Below are positions 49,460-62,667 of a DNA stretch of 64,000 bases, one piece after another; the first letter of the stretch is position 1, and each line of letters starts with the position of its first letter. Origin of the DNA: Basidiobolus meristosporus CBS 931.73 (Eukaryota; Fungi; Basidiobolomycota); contig MCFE01000365.1 of assembly GCA_002104905.1 (NCBI GenBank), positions 1 through 64,000 of the forward strand. The letters are read 5' to 3'. The notes under the pieces are model-generated. The model saw only the letters and a list, made by a program, of their open reading frames with translations, did no database searches and was not told the DNA's origin. The position numbers were made by a program, and so were the translations under genes.

Positions 49460-52400
49460 CTAAAGTTGAGAGGGTTCTCCTGAATCTCTTTTCTTGTGAT
49501 ACCAATATCTTGATGGTTCAGTATTGTCAGCAAGTCTTGCAAGCTTGAGTCTGTCCCTATGCACTAAGTCTTCCCGGATATTGCCTTGTTTGTCCACCAG
49601 TTGGTAAGTTGCAAATGGACATTCTCTGATGATCTTGAATGGTCCTGTCCATTGTGGCTCAAACTTCTTCCGAGTGTTGTTTCTTAGCAATACAAAGTTC
49701 CCAACTGTCGATGCTTCTGGTGCTATAGTCTTATCAAATCTCTGCTTCATCTTTTCTGCACTTTGAGATACTTTGGTCTGTGCCTCTTGACGTCTTTGTT
49801 CCAGTTGTTGGTGTCTACTTGGTTGACTGAGTTCATCTTCTAAGGTGTCTGTAAGCTTTGGTTGTGTGAGATCTCCTGGAATCCTTGGTTCACATCCATA
49901 AACTAAGTAAAATGGTGATTGCTGGGTGGTGTTGTGTACTCTGACTCTGCATGCAAAGAGTGCTTGGTCTATATACTCATCCCATCTACTAACAACTCCA
50001 TTTGCATACTTGGTCAGCATTTTTCCAAATAATCCATTAAACCGCTCAGTGACTCCATTAGTTCTGGGGTGATATGCCGAGGTTTTCAAGTGTCTGATCT
50101 GCTGCATTTCCAGGTAAGCCTCTAGTGTCTTTGCCATAAAGTTTGCACCTCTATTGGATAGGATCTCCACAGGGCATCCAAACTTCATCAGGATCTCATG
50201 GTAAATGAAACTTGCAACTTCTTGTTCACTGGCTATTGGTACAGCTTTAGCAACTGGCCATTTAGTGGCATGGTCAATTGCTACTAGGATCCAACGGTTG
50301 CATTTCCTGGTAGTTGGTAGTCTTCCAATAAAGTCAATTCCCCATCTCTCAAATGGTCTTACAGGCTCCAAAGGGAAGAGTTTGGCAATTCTTTGTGGCT
50401 GGCCTTGATTGATTTGGCAGTTTGGGCATGTTTTCACTAGCTTCTCAATATCTTGTTTCATTCTGGGCCACCATGCTCTGGCTTTCACAAGGCTATAGGT
50501 TCCTTCAATCCCAAGATGTCCATATCCATTGTGTAGCTTATGTATTAAGTCCAGGCAAGCAACATAAGGACAATAGGCAATAGGGCTTCCATCAACAATT
50601 TGGTAGAGTGTTTCATCCTGTACAACAAATTTGCTGGCTTCATCACGGATTATCTTCTTGATATCTTCATCCACCTCATTAGGAATGGCTTGGTCCTCCA
50701 AGTACTTTGGTAATAGGCTAGGCCAATCTGATTCATGCACCAAGTTGAGTTGTGCAACTTGATCTAATCTTGATAAGGCATCAGCAACCGTGTTGTTTTT
50801 TCCAGGGCAGTAGACAATCTCCAGGTCAAATTGCTGAATGTATTCACTCCATCTTGTCATTCTTCTAGAGAGTACCTTCTGAGTAAATATATACTTGAGG
50901 GAGGCATGATCAGTCTTCACAGTGCATTTGACTCCTTCAATATAGCATCTCCATGTCTTCAAACAGTGTATTACAGCAAGCATCTCCTTCTCATGGACTA
51001 GATAGTTTTGTTCTGCTGAGTTCAGTTTCTTGGATTCAAAGGCAACAGGGTAGTCCTTTCCCTCGTGTTCTTGGCTCAGCACTCCACCAATTGCATAATC
51101 TGAAGCATCTGTGCACAGAGTGAACTCTTTTCTGAAGTCTGGTATTCTTAGGCTTGGCAGCTTAGCAAGTTCATTCTTGAGCATCTGGAAGGCAGTCTCA
51201 CAAGCTATGTCCCACTTGTAGGTATTGTCTTTCTTGAGGATATCAGTTAAAGGGGCTGCAATACTTGCAAAAGACTTGACAAATCTCCAATAATAGGAAA
51301 CCATTCCAAGGAATGATCTGAGTTCTGATATGCTATGGGGCTGCTTCAAATTCTTGATTACTTCCACCTTCTTTGGGTCTAAGGTTACTCCTGTGCTAGT
51401 CACTATGTGTCCCGGATATTCTATGTGTTCCTTGAAGAATTCACACTTGGCTAGCTTGCCATATAGCTTGTTCTCTCTTAGTTTCTTCAAGACCTTTTCA
51501 ATGTGTACCATGTGATCCTTTTCTGTCTTGCTGTATATCAATATGTCATCCAGGTAGATTATCATGAACTTGTCTAAGTACTCCTGAAAGACAGTCTGCA
51601 TCAGCGTCATGAATGTTGCAGGGGCATTAGTGAGGCCAAAACTCATGACTAAGTACTCGTAATGTCCATATCTGGTCCTGAATGCTGTCTTAGGGATATC
51701 TTCTGGTTTCACCCTAATCTGGTTGTATCCTGACATGAGGTCAATCTTGCTGAAAATAGTGGCTCCATTAAGTTGGTCCAAAAGCTCATCAATCCAAGGT
51801 ATGGGGTACTTATTCTTGACGGTAACTGAGTTCAGGGCTCTGTAGTCAATGCACATCCTAAGTGTTCCATTCTTCTTTTTCACAAAAAGCACTGGTGCTC
51901 CCCAGGGTGACTTGCTGGGCCTGATGTATCCTTGCTCCAATAGCTGATCAATTTGTCTCTTCATTTCCTCCAATTCCAATGGACTCATTCTGTAAGGTGT
52001 CTTGCTCACTGGAGGGCTATCTCCTGTGTCAATGGCATGATCCACGTCTCTGACTGGTGGTAGGCTTACAAGCTCATCTGGAAACACGTCTGAATATTTC
52101 TTCAAGAGAGTCTGGACCTGCTGGGGTGCTGGGGTAGAGGAATCCTCCTGTAATACCGCCATGAGGAACATCTGGGTACCTTTTCTAAGTGCTCTACAGA
52201 ACTGGGTCTTGCTAAGTTCACTTGTGTCACACACACTGGAATTGACCAAGTTGAAATCCAGCCTGGCAGGTAATAGCTCATAGGTCTTGTTGTCTTTTTG
52301 GATCTGAGTAGCATGGGTTCTCCAGTTGATTGATGGATTACGACAAAATAGCCAGGTTTTCCCAAGTACAAGGTCAAACTTGCAGTTCCCAAATATATAA

Positions 52401-53149
52401 GCCTGTAGGTCTTCTTCATAGTCATTGATCTTCATTCTTACTGGCTGGGTAATACGGTTGATTATGTGGGAGCTCCCATCAGCTGTGGAGACTGAAGTTG
52501 ACTTGGTAGGTTCCGAGTTGATTCCAGCTTTCAAAGCAAATTGCTCTGACATGTACTCATGAGATGCTCCTGAGTCAATCATGATCTTGGCAGGTACTCC
52601 ATTGATTACTCCATTCAAGTACAATAACTTCCCTGAGTTTGAAGTCATCTGGGACAAGTACTCTTCTGTCATATGGAAGGTGAGTTCCAAGTCTTCTTCA
52701 AGCTCATCTTCCACATTACTGTGTTCATGGGACTCAATATGGTTGAAGGTTCTTGTTGGCTGGTGTCCATTTCTTCTCTGAGGGCAGTACTTTGCAATAT
52801 GTCCCTGCTGGTGGCAATTGAAGCAAAGTCCTCTCTTCTTGCATTCTTCTGAGGAGGGATTCTTCTGCATAGCGTCTATTTCCATTGGTACTACTTCTGA
52901 TTGTCTTCTTTCATAAGGATTATAGCCTTTCTGATTAGTCACTGTAGGCTTCCCAACTCCAAACATAGCTGAGTCATAGTCAATGGCAATCTTGATGGCT
53001 TCTTCAATAGTCTGAGGTCTTTGGTAATTGACTTCCTTGCGAGTTCTTTCTTTCAACCCATCAATAAAGTATTCAACTTGGTCCAAGGGGTCCATTCTTT
53101 CAATTTGCCCAAGTAGACATCTGTACTCATAGATGTATTCTTGCACCAT
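49460..53149 (-). CDS. pol: gag C-terminus plus pol polyprotein (PR-RT-RH-IN), 1229 aa
   Basis: [46 protein letters not shown]; in frame with upstream gag across a single TAA. Confidence 0.95.
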   Translation of the reverse strand: MVQEYIYEYRCLLGQIERMDPLDQVEYFIDGLKERTRKEVNYQRPQTIEEAIKIAIDYDSAMFGVGKPTVTNQKGYNPYERRQSEVVPMEIDAMQKNPSSEECKKRGLCFNCHQQGHIAKYCPQRRNGHQPTRTFNHIESHEHSNVEDELEEDLELTFHMTEEYLSQMTSNSGKLLYLNGVINGVPAKIMIDSGASHEYMSEQFALKAGINSEPTKSTSVSTADGSSHIINRITQPVRMKINDYEEDLQAYIFGNCKFDLVLGKTWLFCRNPSINWRTHATQIQKDNKTYELLPARLDFNLVNSSVCDTSELSKTQFCRALRKGTQMFLMAVLQEDSSTPAPQQVQTLLKKYSDVFPDELVSLPPVRDVDHAIDTGDSPPVSKTPYRMSPLELEEMKRQIDQLLEQGYIRPSKSPWGAPVLFVKKKNGTLRMCIDYRALNSVTVKNKYPIPWIDELLDQLNGATIFSKIDLMSGYNQIRVKPEDIPKTAFRTRYGHYEYLVMSFGLTNAPATFMTLMQTVFQEYLDKFMIIYLDDILIYSKTEKDHMVHIEKVLKKLRENKLYGKLAKCEFFKEHIEYPGHIVTSTGVTLDPKKVEVIKNLKQPHSISELRSFLGMVSYYWRFVKSFASIAAPLTDILKKDNTYKWDIACETAFQMLKNELAKLPSLRIPDFRKEFTLCTDASDYAIGGVLSQEHEGKDYPVAFESKKLNSAEQNYLVHEKEMLAVIHCLKTWRCYIEGVKCTVKTDHASLKYIFTQKVLSRRMTRWSEYIQQFDLEIVYCPGKNNTVADALSRLDQVAQLNLVHESDWPSLLPKYLEDQAIPNEVDEDIKKIIRDEASKFVVQDETLYQIVDGSPIAYCPYVACLDLIHKLHNGYGHLGIEGTYSLVKARAWWPRMKQDIEKLVKTCPNCQINQGQPQRIAKLFPLEPVRPFERWGIDFIGRLPTTRKCNRWILVAIDHATKWPVAKAVPIASEQEVASFIYHEILMKFGCPVEILSNRGANFMAKTLEAYLEMQQIRHLKTSAYHPRTNGVTERFNGLFGKMLTKYANGVVSRWDEYIDQALFACRVRVHNTTQQSPFYLVYGCEPRIPGDLTQPKLTDTLEDELSQPSRHQQLEQRRQEAQTKVSQSAEKMKQRFDKTIAPEASTVGNFVLLRNNTRKKFEPQWTGPFKIIRECPFATYQLVDKQGNIREDLVHRDRLKLARLADNTEPSRYWYHKKRDSGEPSQL

Positions 53150-53152
53150 TCC

Positions 53153-53593
53153 TTACTGTCTGAGTGTCTTTAACTTCCTTCTTAGTAGTGTCTGCTGGTG
53201 TGGAGGTTCAAAAGCATCCTGAATTTCCAACATGAACTCATCCCAGGTAGAGATTGTAGAGCATCCCATCATAGTAGCTGACCTGATCTTGTTGTGGTAC
53301 CACTGTAAAGCTGCATCTGCCAGGTAAGAAGCTGCATAATGCAACTTGCTCTCTGGAGCAATTCCTTTGGCTTTAAAAGCTTCTTCAATCTGAAAGAGCC
53401 AAGTTCCCAGGTTTTCATTGACTCTGCCATGGTACCGGTTGACCTTCACACTAAAGTTGCTCTTGACAGGGCTTTGCTGGCTCTGAGCCATGGTAGTCAT
53501 TCCTTGTTGCTGTTGGCTGAGGATCTGGAGTAGCTGTTGCTGTTGGGCCAGGATTTGCTGCATGGCATTCTTCCATTCTTGATTGTCCGACAT
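53153..53593 (-). CDS. gag: gag N-terminal part, ended by an in-frame TAA
   Basis: YHGRVNENLGTWLFQIE..AASYLADAALQWY..WDEF..LRQ*GMVQEY. Confidence 0.9.
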   Translation of the reverse strand: MSDNQEWKNAMQQILAQQQQLLQILSQQQQGMTTMAQSQQSPVKSNFSVKVNRYHGRVNENLGTWLFQIEEAFKAKGIAPESKLHYAASYLADAALQWYHNKIRSATMMGCSTISTWDEFMLEIQDAFEPPHQQTLLRRKLKTLRQ

Positions 53594-53642
53594 CTTGAGG
53601 GTGGTTTCTTCTTTTCTTCAGGAGGGAGGTTTCTGGTTATTG

Positions 53643-53651
53643 CTGCTACCA
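53643..53651 (-). other. tRNA-type PBS of gypsy C (TGGTAGCAG, iMet-like)
   Basis: 1 nt after the 5' LTR; TGG start complements the tRNA CCA end. Confidence 0.75.
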
Positions 53652-53652
53652 A

Positions 53653-54019
53653 TGTTACAAGTCTTGGTATAAGAGTTGTAGAGGAATAGGGAGTTTAGCT
53701 AGTATTGTATTCACTAAAACTTGAACTGATTTTTATTGAGGTTCCAGCAGCTCCTTATATACATTTTGCCAGATCAATTGCTGACTAATTGTATTTCCTA
53801 ATGTAGGTTGTGGCTGATGACTCATTTGATTGCATCATCATCACCCAATAAGATCCTACTTAATATATCTATTTCTGTCTGATAAGGATCTGCTGATTCA
53901 TTTGCTACTAATGCTACTGATTTCATAGACAATACTGATATACTGATACCTAAAACATATACTAGTTGATTTGATTAAAAACTGATCTAACTTAAACATT
54001 CAAGCGGCAGATCATAACA
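53653..54019 (-). repeat. 5' LTR of gypsy C
   Basis: Identical by eye to 49083-49449. Confidence 0.97.
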
Positions 54020-54074
54020 AGTGATACAGTTGATATTGATATCCACCTATATCATTAATTACTTTGATCAGAGT

Positions 54075-55415
54075 TGTTGTGCATCAACATTTAAAACTTG
54101 GCCAATTTCACTCTGTTAGAAAATCTAGTACCCCAATTGATATTCCTAACCCCATCATAACTAATCCCTGTTATGGAATATTTTATTGTTTCTCAGAATC
54201 TATTTTTAGCTGTCACACCTGATCAGTATTCATATAGTCATTACATCTTCAACTTATCTGTCAAGCCTTTCCACATGATTAACCATCTGAGATCTATTCA
54301 GCCACTTAGCGTTGTCAAGGCATTGGCTGATCAATGATGCAAATTTCCATTCATCTTATGCACCTATCAACACCCCACCAATTTCAATTAGTCTAGCCTC
54401 TTGGTGCTTACTTATCAACTTGATCAGAGAAGCATAAATAAAGCTTACTGAACCTTTTGGCTTAGTGTGTGTCTCAATAAAATCAAGATTATGTTTCAGC
54501 AAAATTAAGAATTCAGCAATTCTGTTCTAGTTTCTACCCAAGCCTAGTATATCTAGCACTCCCACAAGCACCAAGCCCAGCCTGCATAGCAAACTAAATC
54601 TGTTGCCATTATAGCCCAACTCAGCTATATACAAGACCAATATTAGACCAGAACCTCTCTGCTAAGATCTCTGTCACTCTTGACAACTCTAGGATTCTGC
54701 ACTTAGTTGCCACTTAGGTTCAGTTAACTCATTAAAGAGTTTTATTACACTTTTCTCTTGATATAACTTTTTTTTGTTGAATTCCATTACATTCAACCAC
54801 TTAAAATACGTCCTCAGCACCAAGTAATCCAAATCTTTCCACATTGGAAGAGGCCCAAAGAAATCAGGAAGAACTGACTCAACAGCTTGAGAACATCATG
54901 CATGAAAGAATCACCTTGATGCTTGAGCACTTAAAGCTTGCCAAGATAAGATCTCAAAATTGTTGTAGAGATGAACTCCTTGAAGGTATATCTGGTTACC
55001 AAGATAAAATTGGAATTATCAAAGAAGCTCTGGAGAATGTTGCCAGAGTAATTGACCTCATTGAAAATCTGCCAAGCCTTGCTCTGCATCAACTACCAAG
55101 AATCATGCCTTTTGATCCTCCAGATTAACATCTTCCTCTAGACCTGCCCGGTAGTTGTCCCAAGATCCTTGCCTCTTTATGCTGAAGGAGCCAAGACCAT
55201 AAAGAGTTCTACTGAGCTTCTTTACAAGTTTAGTTATGTCTTAGATGCACACCAGCAAGACACTGACACCAATTGGGCTAGACTTCTGCCTCTCTGTCTC
55301 ACCATGCAAGATGCTGACTGAGTTGAAGTGAACATTCTTTCCAATACTACATGAAAAATAGCCCAAAACCTCTTTTGTGGCCATTCTGAATATCTCCTCA
55401 AAAAAGCACATTTGA
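54075..55415 (+). mobile_element. Gypsy family A: 5' LTR (54075-54768), leader and truncated gag
   Basis: [27 protein letters not shown] matches the start of the copy at 9160. Confidence 0.9.
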
Positions 55416-56120
55416 ACCAGATCCATCCTGACAATATTTTATTGGAGCTGTGACAATATTTGCATGGTATTGTTGTGGTCTTTTAGCGCTCTATAACTGT
55501 TTTAAGTGGATCCAGTTGGCCAGGAGATCCAATTGCTTTATATGGCAAGAAACTTGATGGTATTTTGATGGCCTCACTGCAAGACTCTGATGGCATTACA
55601 TTGACAGTACAACAGTTTACTGCTGGTTCTGTATAATGCTACCATACAAATTTACCAAACGGTATTTCCTTTTTCTACCTCCCCTTGTGTAATTCATATA
55701 TTCCACTATGGAATCACCCCTCTTTATCAGCTTACCCACTACTACCTTGGGTATTCCACATATAGTTCAAATCAAAAAATACTGTGGCCTCCTGCTTACT
55801 AACCTCTACAAACATGCACACTTGCCATAATTGACATACTTCTATCACCTCAACTTTACGGCTTTTGAGTGTGACACTTGCAAAGTTGCCATATGCCTTC
55901 TACTGCTGGTAATAAATACATCTTGCAAACATATGCTTTGTTGTTGCCACTTCTGCCATGAATACCTCCTGAATATCTGCAAAGAACTTCTTGGTATTTA
56001 GTCAATATATTCCTTCTGCCTGTTGGATTCTAATGCCCCTTATAGGTGTGCTCTGGTGTTTGTTTGCCTGAATCCCATATTGAATGATGTAGAAGCTGGC
56101 TGTAACCATGAGAAATCTGG

Positions 56121-59085
56121 TATAGTGGGGTCACAGTGACACCCACTGACAGATGTGCTCATTCCCATATTTTCTACTTCCCTATTTCTCACTACACATA
56201 TTTTAGTTTCATCTCATTTGTCTTACTTGATTAGTACTATCCTGTAAGCTGGTTGACTATCACAGCTGCTTACCTTAATACATAAATTATCTCTCACTTT
56301 ATGTAAGATTACTAGCTGTAAGTGCTTATATATTAGGCAAGTATCCGCACCAGTACCTGTGACACATGATCTGCCAGTGTCACCATCCCTACCATTTCCA
56401 TACCATATATGGTATCCCTATATTGCACAGGTTTCAGAGTACTAATTCATGATTGGTTGGAAGTGCTGTGCCTCTTAGAACCTTCTGGTACCTACTTAGA
56501 ATACTCTTAGCTCATTCTGATGTAATTAAGATTTCTATAGATATACAGAACCTTCTGGAACACCATGATTAGTAATCACTTAGCTGGTGAGAAAAGTATA
56601 TAAGGGAGGCAATCCCTCAACAATAAATCATCATTCCTTTTATCAATATTCCAACCTGTTGATTAGTGTGATCACTGCAACCTGCCGTGACCTGACCTTC
56701 CAATCCCAGACCACAGGACACTCCCAGGAAACCGCACTGACAGCCAACTGACCTTGGAGGCAATACTTGTGAGGAATGCTTAGAGTAGGTATCTTTTATT
56801 ATATTTGATTCTTTCCCAAGTTTGTACTTGTACATATAAAGATACTTTTCTGCCTTTGTAACTATTGACCGCAGCTGCATTCTTGTCAAGTCTCTGCTGG
56901 TGGAGTTTACAGTTGTTTTGACTTTGGAAGCTTTAGTACATTGTCATCTCAAAGGATGCTGAGGCCAGCATATACTTTTGTTAAGATACCAACTAAGTTG
57001 GGGATTGTAGCTAAATAGTTTTCCCTTGACAAGCTTGTGACTTGATTGCCCATCACAATTGATTGGAGACAGAACCCAAGTATTCCTTGCAAGCTTTTGT
57101 CAGAGGTTATTGCACCCAGTGAGCACCCCACACACAAAACACTTGAGAAGTGTTGGACATATCTCTCCCTTGGACTTGCACACCACCAGATATTTGGTAC
57201 TTAATGAGGGGGGTTCATACAAGCTCCCTAGGACCCAACAAGATTTACCTGAAGATCTGAGCCATCATCCACTTATTGAAAAGAGACTACCAATATTATC
57301 AAGATCACAACACCAACCTACCTACCCAAAATGAACCCTATGCCATTACCACTCTCACATGGAGCCCCACAGCTTGATGGAAAGAATGTGGAAAGCTTCA
57401 TACTCAAATGTGAGAAGCTCTGCAAGATGTGCAACCTATCTGGACATGAAATAGCTGAAGACTTCCCCTACTACTGCACCAATGTTAATACCACTAAGCT
57501 TCTCAGACAAGGAGATGCTCTCACTGACTGGATCTTGATGAAGAACTACCTACAAACCCAGTATGGTAGACCCCAGATATACTATGGAGTTGAAGACCTC
57601 AGACACTCTGGAAGGACTGGACTTCCAAGCCACCCCTTGAAGAGTTCATTCAACAGTATGAAGACATGGCCAAGCCACTCCTAGAGTCCCAGGCTATAAC
57701 TGAGCTTAACATGAAACTTTACCTTGCACAAGGGCTTCCCCAGGCTTTGGCAAGGAAAGTTGGCTTACATGCAGCCAAGGATGACAGGTCTGGAATTCCA
57801 TGCTTTGCAGAGACAAAGGGTGATCTCCTAGAGGCAAAGAAGACTTACACCTTCATGAGACTTCTGAAGTCTAATCTGCCAGACCAGTCAACCAAGGAAC
57901 CAAGGAGTGCTGTTGCTGACAATTAGACTAAACTACCAACAGAATAGACCAACTTGCTGAATAGCAACAAAAGCTAGCCCTCCAAACTAATGGCTCAGCT
58001 GAAGTAGCTACTAAGAGCCAAAGACCTTTGCCCAAACACTGCATCTGGTGTGACTCTACTCAGCATGCAAGAAGAGAATGCTCAGAGCTTAGTCAGCTAC
58101 TTAGAGAAGGAGCTGTGCAGTTTGATGCTGATGGAATGCTTGCTGACAGGGAACAAAGAAGGCCCCCCACAAATCTCCAAAGAGGAAGCATGATAGCTCT
58201 TTTCCAGAAATCTTACTCAGCAACCAGAAAGATCACTGTTGATGCCCCTATTGGGACTCATATAGTGAGTCCAAGCAGCCCTGACAACAGACAATACAAA
58301 GTTGATGCCTTTGCTACCAAAAGACACCCCCCTGAAGAACCTGCCAAGCCCATCCTTAGAAGACCATTGTTTGAAGAGCCCAAGGTTATCATTGACAAGA
58401 GGCTTGGTATATTGCCCACCCAAGATCCATTGCCTCACTTTGAGATGACCTCAAAGATAGCAAGCTACTCAAGCCCTCAACAGATTACTGAGAAGCTGCT
58501 GAAGCAGAACCTTACTTTGTCTGTTGGAGAAATAATGAGTACATCCCAGGTTGTTGGGAAGACCTTTAATAAGCTGCTTAGGACAAGACAACAAGCCATT
58601 GAAAATATGGACACCCATATAATTCAGACAAACCATGAAGACTACCAAGAGGATGGCAACACTACTAATTATAAGACCTTTTACTCAGTTGCAACTGCTG
58701 TGGTGAAAGGGTATACATATGAGGACCCTGTTGACTGCCATATTGCCAGTGGTTCAGAGATTTGTGTTGTGCCACTAGACTTCTGGAAGACACTTAGAAG
58801 CAAGGAGCTACTGCCTGTTGATAGCCATATTGGATGGAACATGACTGATGCAAACTCAGGATCTAGTCCACTCTATGGTGTAGTGCACAAGTTCCCTATT
58901 GAAGTACAAGGAATTAAGGTCTGGCATCCTCTCTTTATCTGTCAGAAGGGTAGCTTTGACCTTCTGCTAGGCAGACCATGGGAGACCAATACTAAGGCTG
59001 CAACCACCAATTATTCCAATGGGTCAGTGTGGTACACTATACAAAGATCAAACCCAGAGCTACAATCAATGTTCCGTAGTGTAGC
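56121..59085 (+). mobile_element. Gypsy family D, 5' half (LTR from 56121 to ~56700, 3' boundary uncertain; leader; gag-protease)
   Basis: LTR start shared with 47581; TATA at ~56598; gag and protease motifs; truncated before RT. Confidence 0.8.
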
Positions 59086-59092
59086 AATATAA
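57331..59092 (+). pseudogene. gag: gag-protease of family D
   Basis: LDGKNVESFILKCE; CIWCDSTQHARREC knuckle; HIASGSEICVV (degenerate DSG); FDLLLGRPW; frameshift and stops. Confidence 0.75.
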
Positions 59093-60417
59093 TAATTATG
59101 TGTGTGAGTTATGGAGTAAATCCCCTTGATCTCCAACATTTGACAGCAATACCAGAAATTGTGCCCAGAAAAACCTGCTATCTTGCTGATGGCTGGGGTA
59201 TCTCCAATGCAGATAATAATACATGCTTTTACATGATGGCCATTTACTCTTATCCCACTGGAAAGCATACAAAATGCATCCAGTAATGGATACAGGTAGC
59301 TATCCAGGTTGGATGGTGATTTAGGCCCAGATACCAGTGATACTACCATCAGATTATTGCTCTGATACTGTAATATGAATGATAGATTCAGACTGATGAG
59401 AATCAATGGCCAGCAGGATTTGCTGGTAGAGTACTTGTTTAATGCAAATCCATCAAGTGCTAAGGCAAAGGCATGGCCATACATATGTTCAAAGTAGCCC
59501 TTGCTTCTTAGCTATTTGTAATGTTTGCCTTTGAATATATCAGATATGTTTACACTTGATTGATACAGAGTGTGGTACTGTGTAGCTTTGCAATATTTGT
59601 TGGACTGCATCAGCTTTCTCAGATGGGGTATGACTGGAATATATCTGGAGTGTGAACAAGGTTTTCCCTCAGATGGTTGTGAATTCCTGACAATTTGGAC
59701 ACATTGTAATGGTAGTATATTTGGATGTGAATGCCATGCAACTGTTAACACATGCTGGAATCAGAACATTCTCTGGATCATATGTTGCCACCAGCATGAT
59801 GGTTATCCACTTGTACCATGTTCATGGTAAGTTGCATCCTGGTATGATTTTGGCAAGAGGTAGTAATAAATTCTCAAAGCCCCCATTACTGATATTAGTG
59901 GATATGCACCACTTCTCTTGCCACAACATTACATTATTCACCAGTAGATGGATTACTGGGCTCACTTGGCTCCATAAAGTATCCTTGGCATTTGCTGCAA
60001 CAGGTGTTGTCTCATTGCATATAGGGATTTTACCAGGCTCATACATGGTACTGTTGTTAGGGAGATAGGCTCAATATCCATCAGTGAACCTTCTTTGTCA
60101 TATCTAGCACTCTGCATGCCATATTTAGAAGGTTGAGGTCAGCCTAAAGGTGTCACAAACTCATCTGCCACAGTTTGTGCAAGGTGGCAAAGATGGCCAG
60201 GTCCCAATACAGAAATATCAACTGGGTGGCAAGATAATGTTGGTATGGTAGAGACCAATGAATGGTCATATATGACTTGGGTGGTAAAACACTGGCTGTA
60301 ATCCTTGCAATACTTCCTATGCTGTCTGCGTGCTTCATGGCTTAGAGGCTTGCCACAATAGCCACATGGTCTTTTTTCTCTTCTCTTACGGTGTTCAGTC
60401 AAAGTAGTCTTATTCAC
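59090..60417 (-). pseudogene. CACTA-like transposase, N-terminal half
   Basis: N-terminal CGYC..H..HRKYC zinc-finger-like motif; FALALDGF..SCWPLILISLNL..VSGPKSP..LDSYLYPLLD; CIGDTPAISK. Confidence 0.85.
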
Positions 60418-60640
60418 GGAGCAAACAGTTGGACCTTCAACAATGTAATGCTATTATATCACTTCTTGGCCAATACTCATGTAAACTCAAGACAGTCTTG
60501 TATTTGAGACATTGCACCTATATGAATGTAAGATTCAATGATGACCCGCTATAGTAAGCATTATAAATAAAGTTGTGGCACCACATACACAAAATACATG
60601 TAATACTATTTCCCCTTTAGTTTGACTCACTTCCACATAT

Positions 60641-62667
60641 ATGCCACCAAAAAATAAAGCAAAGTTGTCTGGTTCCCCACAAAACCCCACCACTCATGGC
60701 TACCAAAGAATGGTTGGACCACAGCTTGCTTTGACATTCAGTGCAACAAGCAGGGTAACATCCAAAAAAGGCCCTGTGGATAGTGTGCCTATTGAGGGTA
60801 ATAATGCAGACTCCTCAGGCTCTCAGTCAAGTAGGCAATTGAGAACCTCTGTGGAGCCACAAGCTGATTGTTATGCTCAGGCAGATGAGAATGTAGCAAA
60901 TGCAGCACCCTTAGCTGAAGACCCGCAAGTGGCCATAATAACATCATCACCACCCATATTAGCAAGTATGTTGTGAGCTCATATCAAAGCATTAATGAAG
61001 CAATTAGCTGCAGTGACTGATAGGATAGATGCAATGGCCCAGAGAAATCAGGAAATAGTCCAGAAACAGGATGAGCCAATAATACATTTAGGGCAATCAA
61101 TATCTCAGGTCAAGAAAGCAGTATTGTTGCTGCAAAGAAGGAACTCAAGTAGCTCAATGTCACAGCCAAGAATTGAGTCATTTCCCAATGTAACAGCAGA
61201 GAAATACCAATCAGTCTTTGAAACACAACAACAGTGCTCAAAGTTAAAGCCCACAGAAAAACCTATCACAGCATGCAAGGGAGACAATGTGGTGTTTATA
61301 CCAAAGCCTAAGAATCAAAAGACATTGAAGATCTGTGATGCTGCTGAGTGCAATAATGAAGAGTGCACTAATACAAAGAGGCTGTCCAAAGTCTAGCATG
61401 CCATCACCTTAAGGCCAGCACACCATGGGACTATCAGCAACTCAAGGCCAAGCAGAAACACTTGACTTGTTCCATGCGCATTATCCTAGATTCAAATGGG
61501 CAAACGGATTTTGGGCTAGCACTGGTATGCTAAAGAAGTATCTTCAGAATAACAGCAACTACCTAAGACAGAAGAACAAGGGAGCCATGGCTCAAAACCA
61601 GTGGCTTCCTCAAGAGCCTGATACAAGAAGGGACCAAAGCTCCAGACAAGTGTTAAAGAGATGTCAGGTAGCTGGAAGAGCGCCAAATAGGGACAATTAG
61701 GCAGGCACAGATGCACCGGCACAACATTTATCAAGGAAAAAGTGTAGTACCACTCAAGAAGCACCTGACAAAGTACCAGTGAAGGACCTGGCAATGATAA
61801 AAACCAGCCGCTTTTACAGGAGCCTGTCACAACTATGGTTGAGAGCTCAAAACAAGCGGAAAAGAAATGTCAGGTTGCAAGAAGAGTGCCAGCAAGGGAC
61901 AAGCAGGCCAAAACAGATATGTCAGAGCAGAACCTATCCAGGAGAAAACATAGTACTTTACAAGAAGCACTCAGACAAAGAAGTAGTGATATACCTGGCA
62001 GTGACAAAGGAAAAGGTAAAGGGAAAAATGTCTACCCAAGCCCAAGTCAGGGAGGCATGCAAAAAAACTGCAGCTCTTGTCAATTAACATTGCAAGCCTG
62101 GAGCAGACTGAGTTCCATCATAGCCAAGAAGAATTACTAACAAGAATGCAGCTGTTTTCACCAGAGTTGGAGGCGCAGCCAGTTGAGCTACACTTCAGCA
62201 GGGTAGATGAGTTTGCTGAAAAAAACAATTAGTCTACCGCAGCCTCCATATCCTCCATTGTTGACAAAGTGGAGATCCTACTGACAGACAAGGCTACAAT
62301 GTCAAGAGCTCAAAAGACTATCACATTGCCTTCAGTGGAGTTTGGGAACATTAATAGACACACCAAGAGGTTGCAGCATGTCTTCAAGAGCAGTGCTCAA
62401 GAAAACGCACTGAAATATTGCAAGGATTTATTGCAAAGACTGGCAGATGAGGTGCTAGACCTTGCAGTGCCAGCTGAAGACCAGGACATGTGGGAACCAG
62501 TGAATGAACACTGGTATAAAGCCATTGGGTTCCTGCCAAAGTTGTGGAACCAGAGGGTTACAGAAGAAATACTTGTTGAGTGGTGGATTTTAATGGAGTG
62601 GCATGTTGAGTGTGGGGTTGGGCTTAATGTTAGTGTAGGGTATAGGGATCTGTATAGGTCAATATAA
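60641..62667 (+). pseudogene. CACTA-like accessory ORF2
   Basis: MPPKNKAK start, homologous to 17293-19218; divergent from the transposase, with TATAAATAAA at ~60562. Confidence 0.65.

Larger units (their letters stand above)
49083..54019 (-). mobile_element. Full-length young Ty3/gypsy family C element, no chromodomain
   Basis: Two 367-bp LTRs, identical by eye; 4-bp TSD AGTG; PBS TGGTAGCAG; PPT AGGGGAGAA. Confidence 0.98.

Noticed and set aside
56580-56760. Self-priming or tRNA PBS for family D
   Set aside because: The LTR 3' boundary could not be fixed, and no convincing complement of 10 nt or more was found
57059-57334. 91-codon upstream ORF overlapping the family D gag start by ATGA (stop-restart coupling)
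   Set aside because: No ATG start, and the frame is broken in the copy at 19614; similarity between copies is only DNA-level
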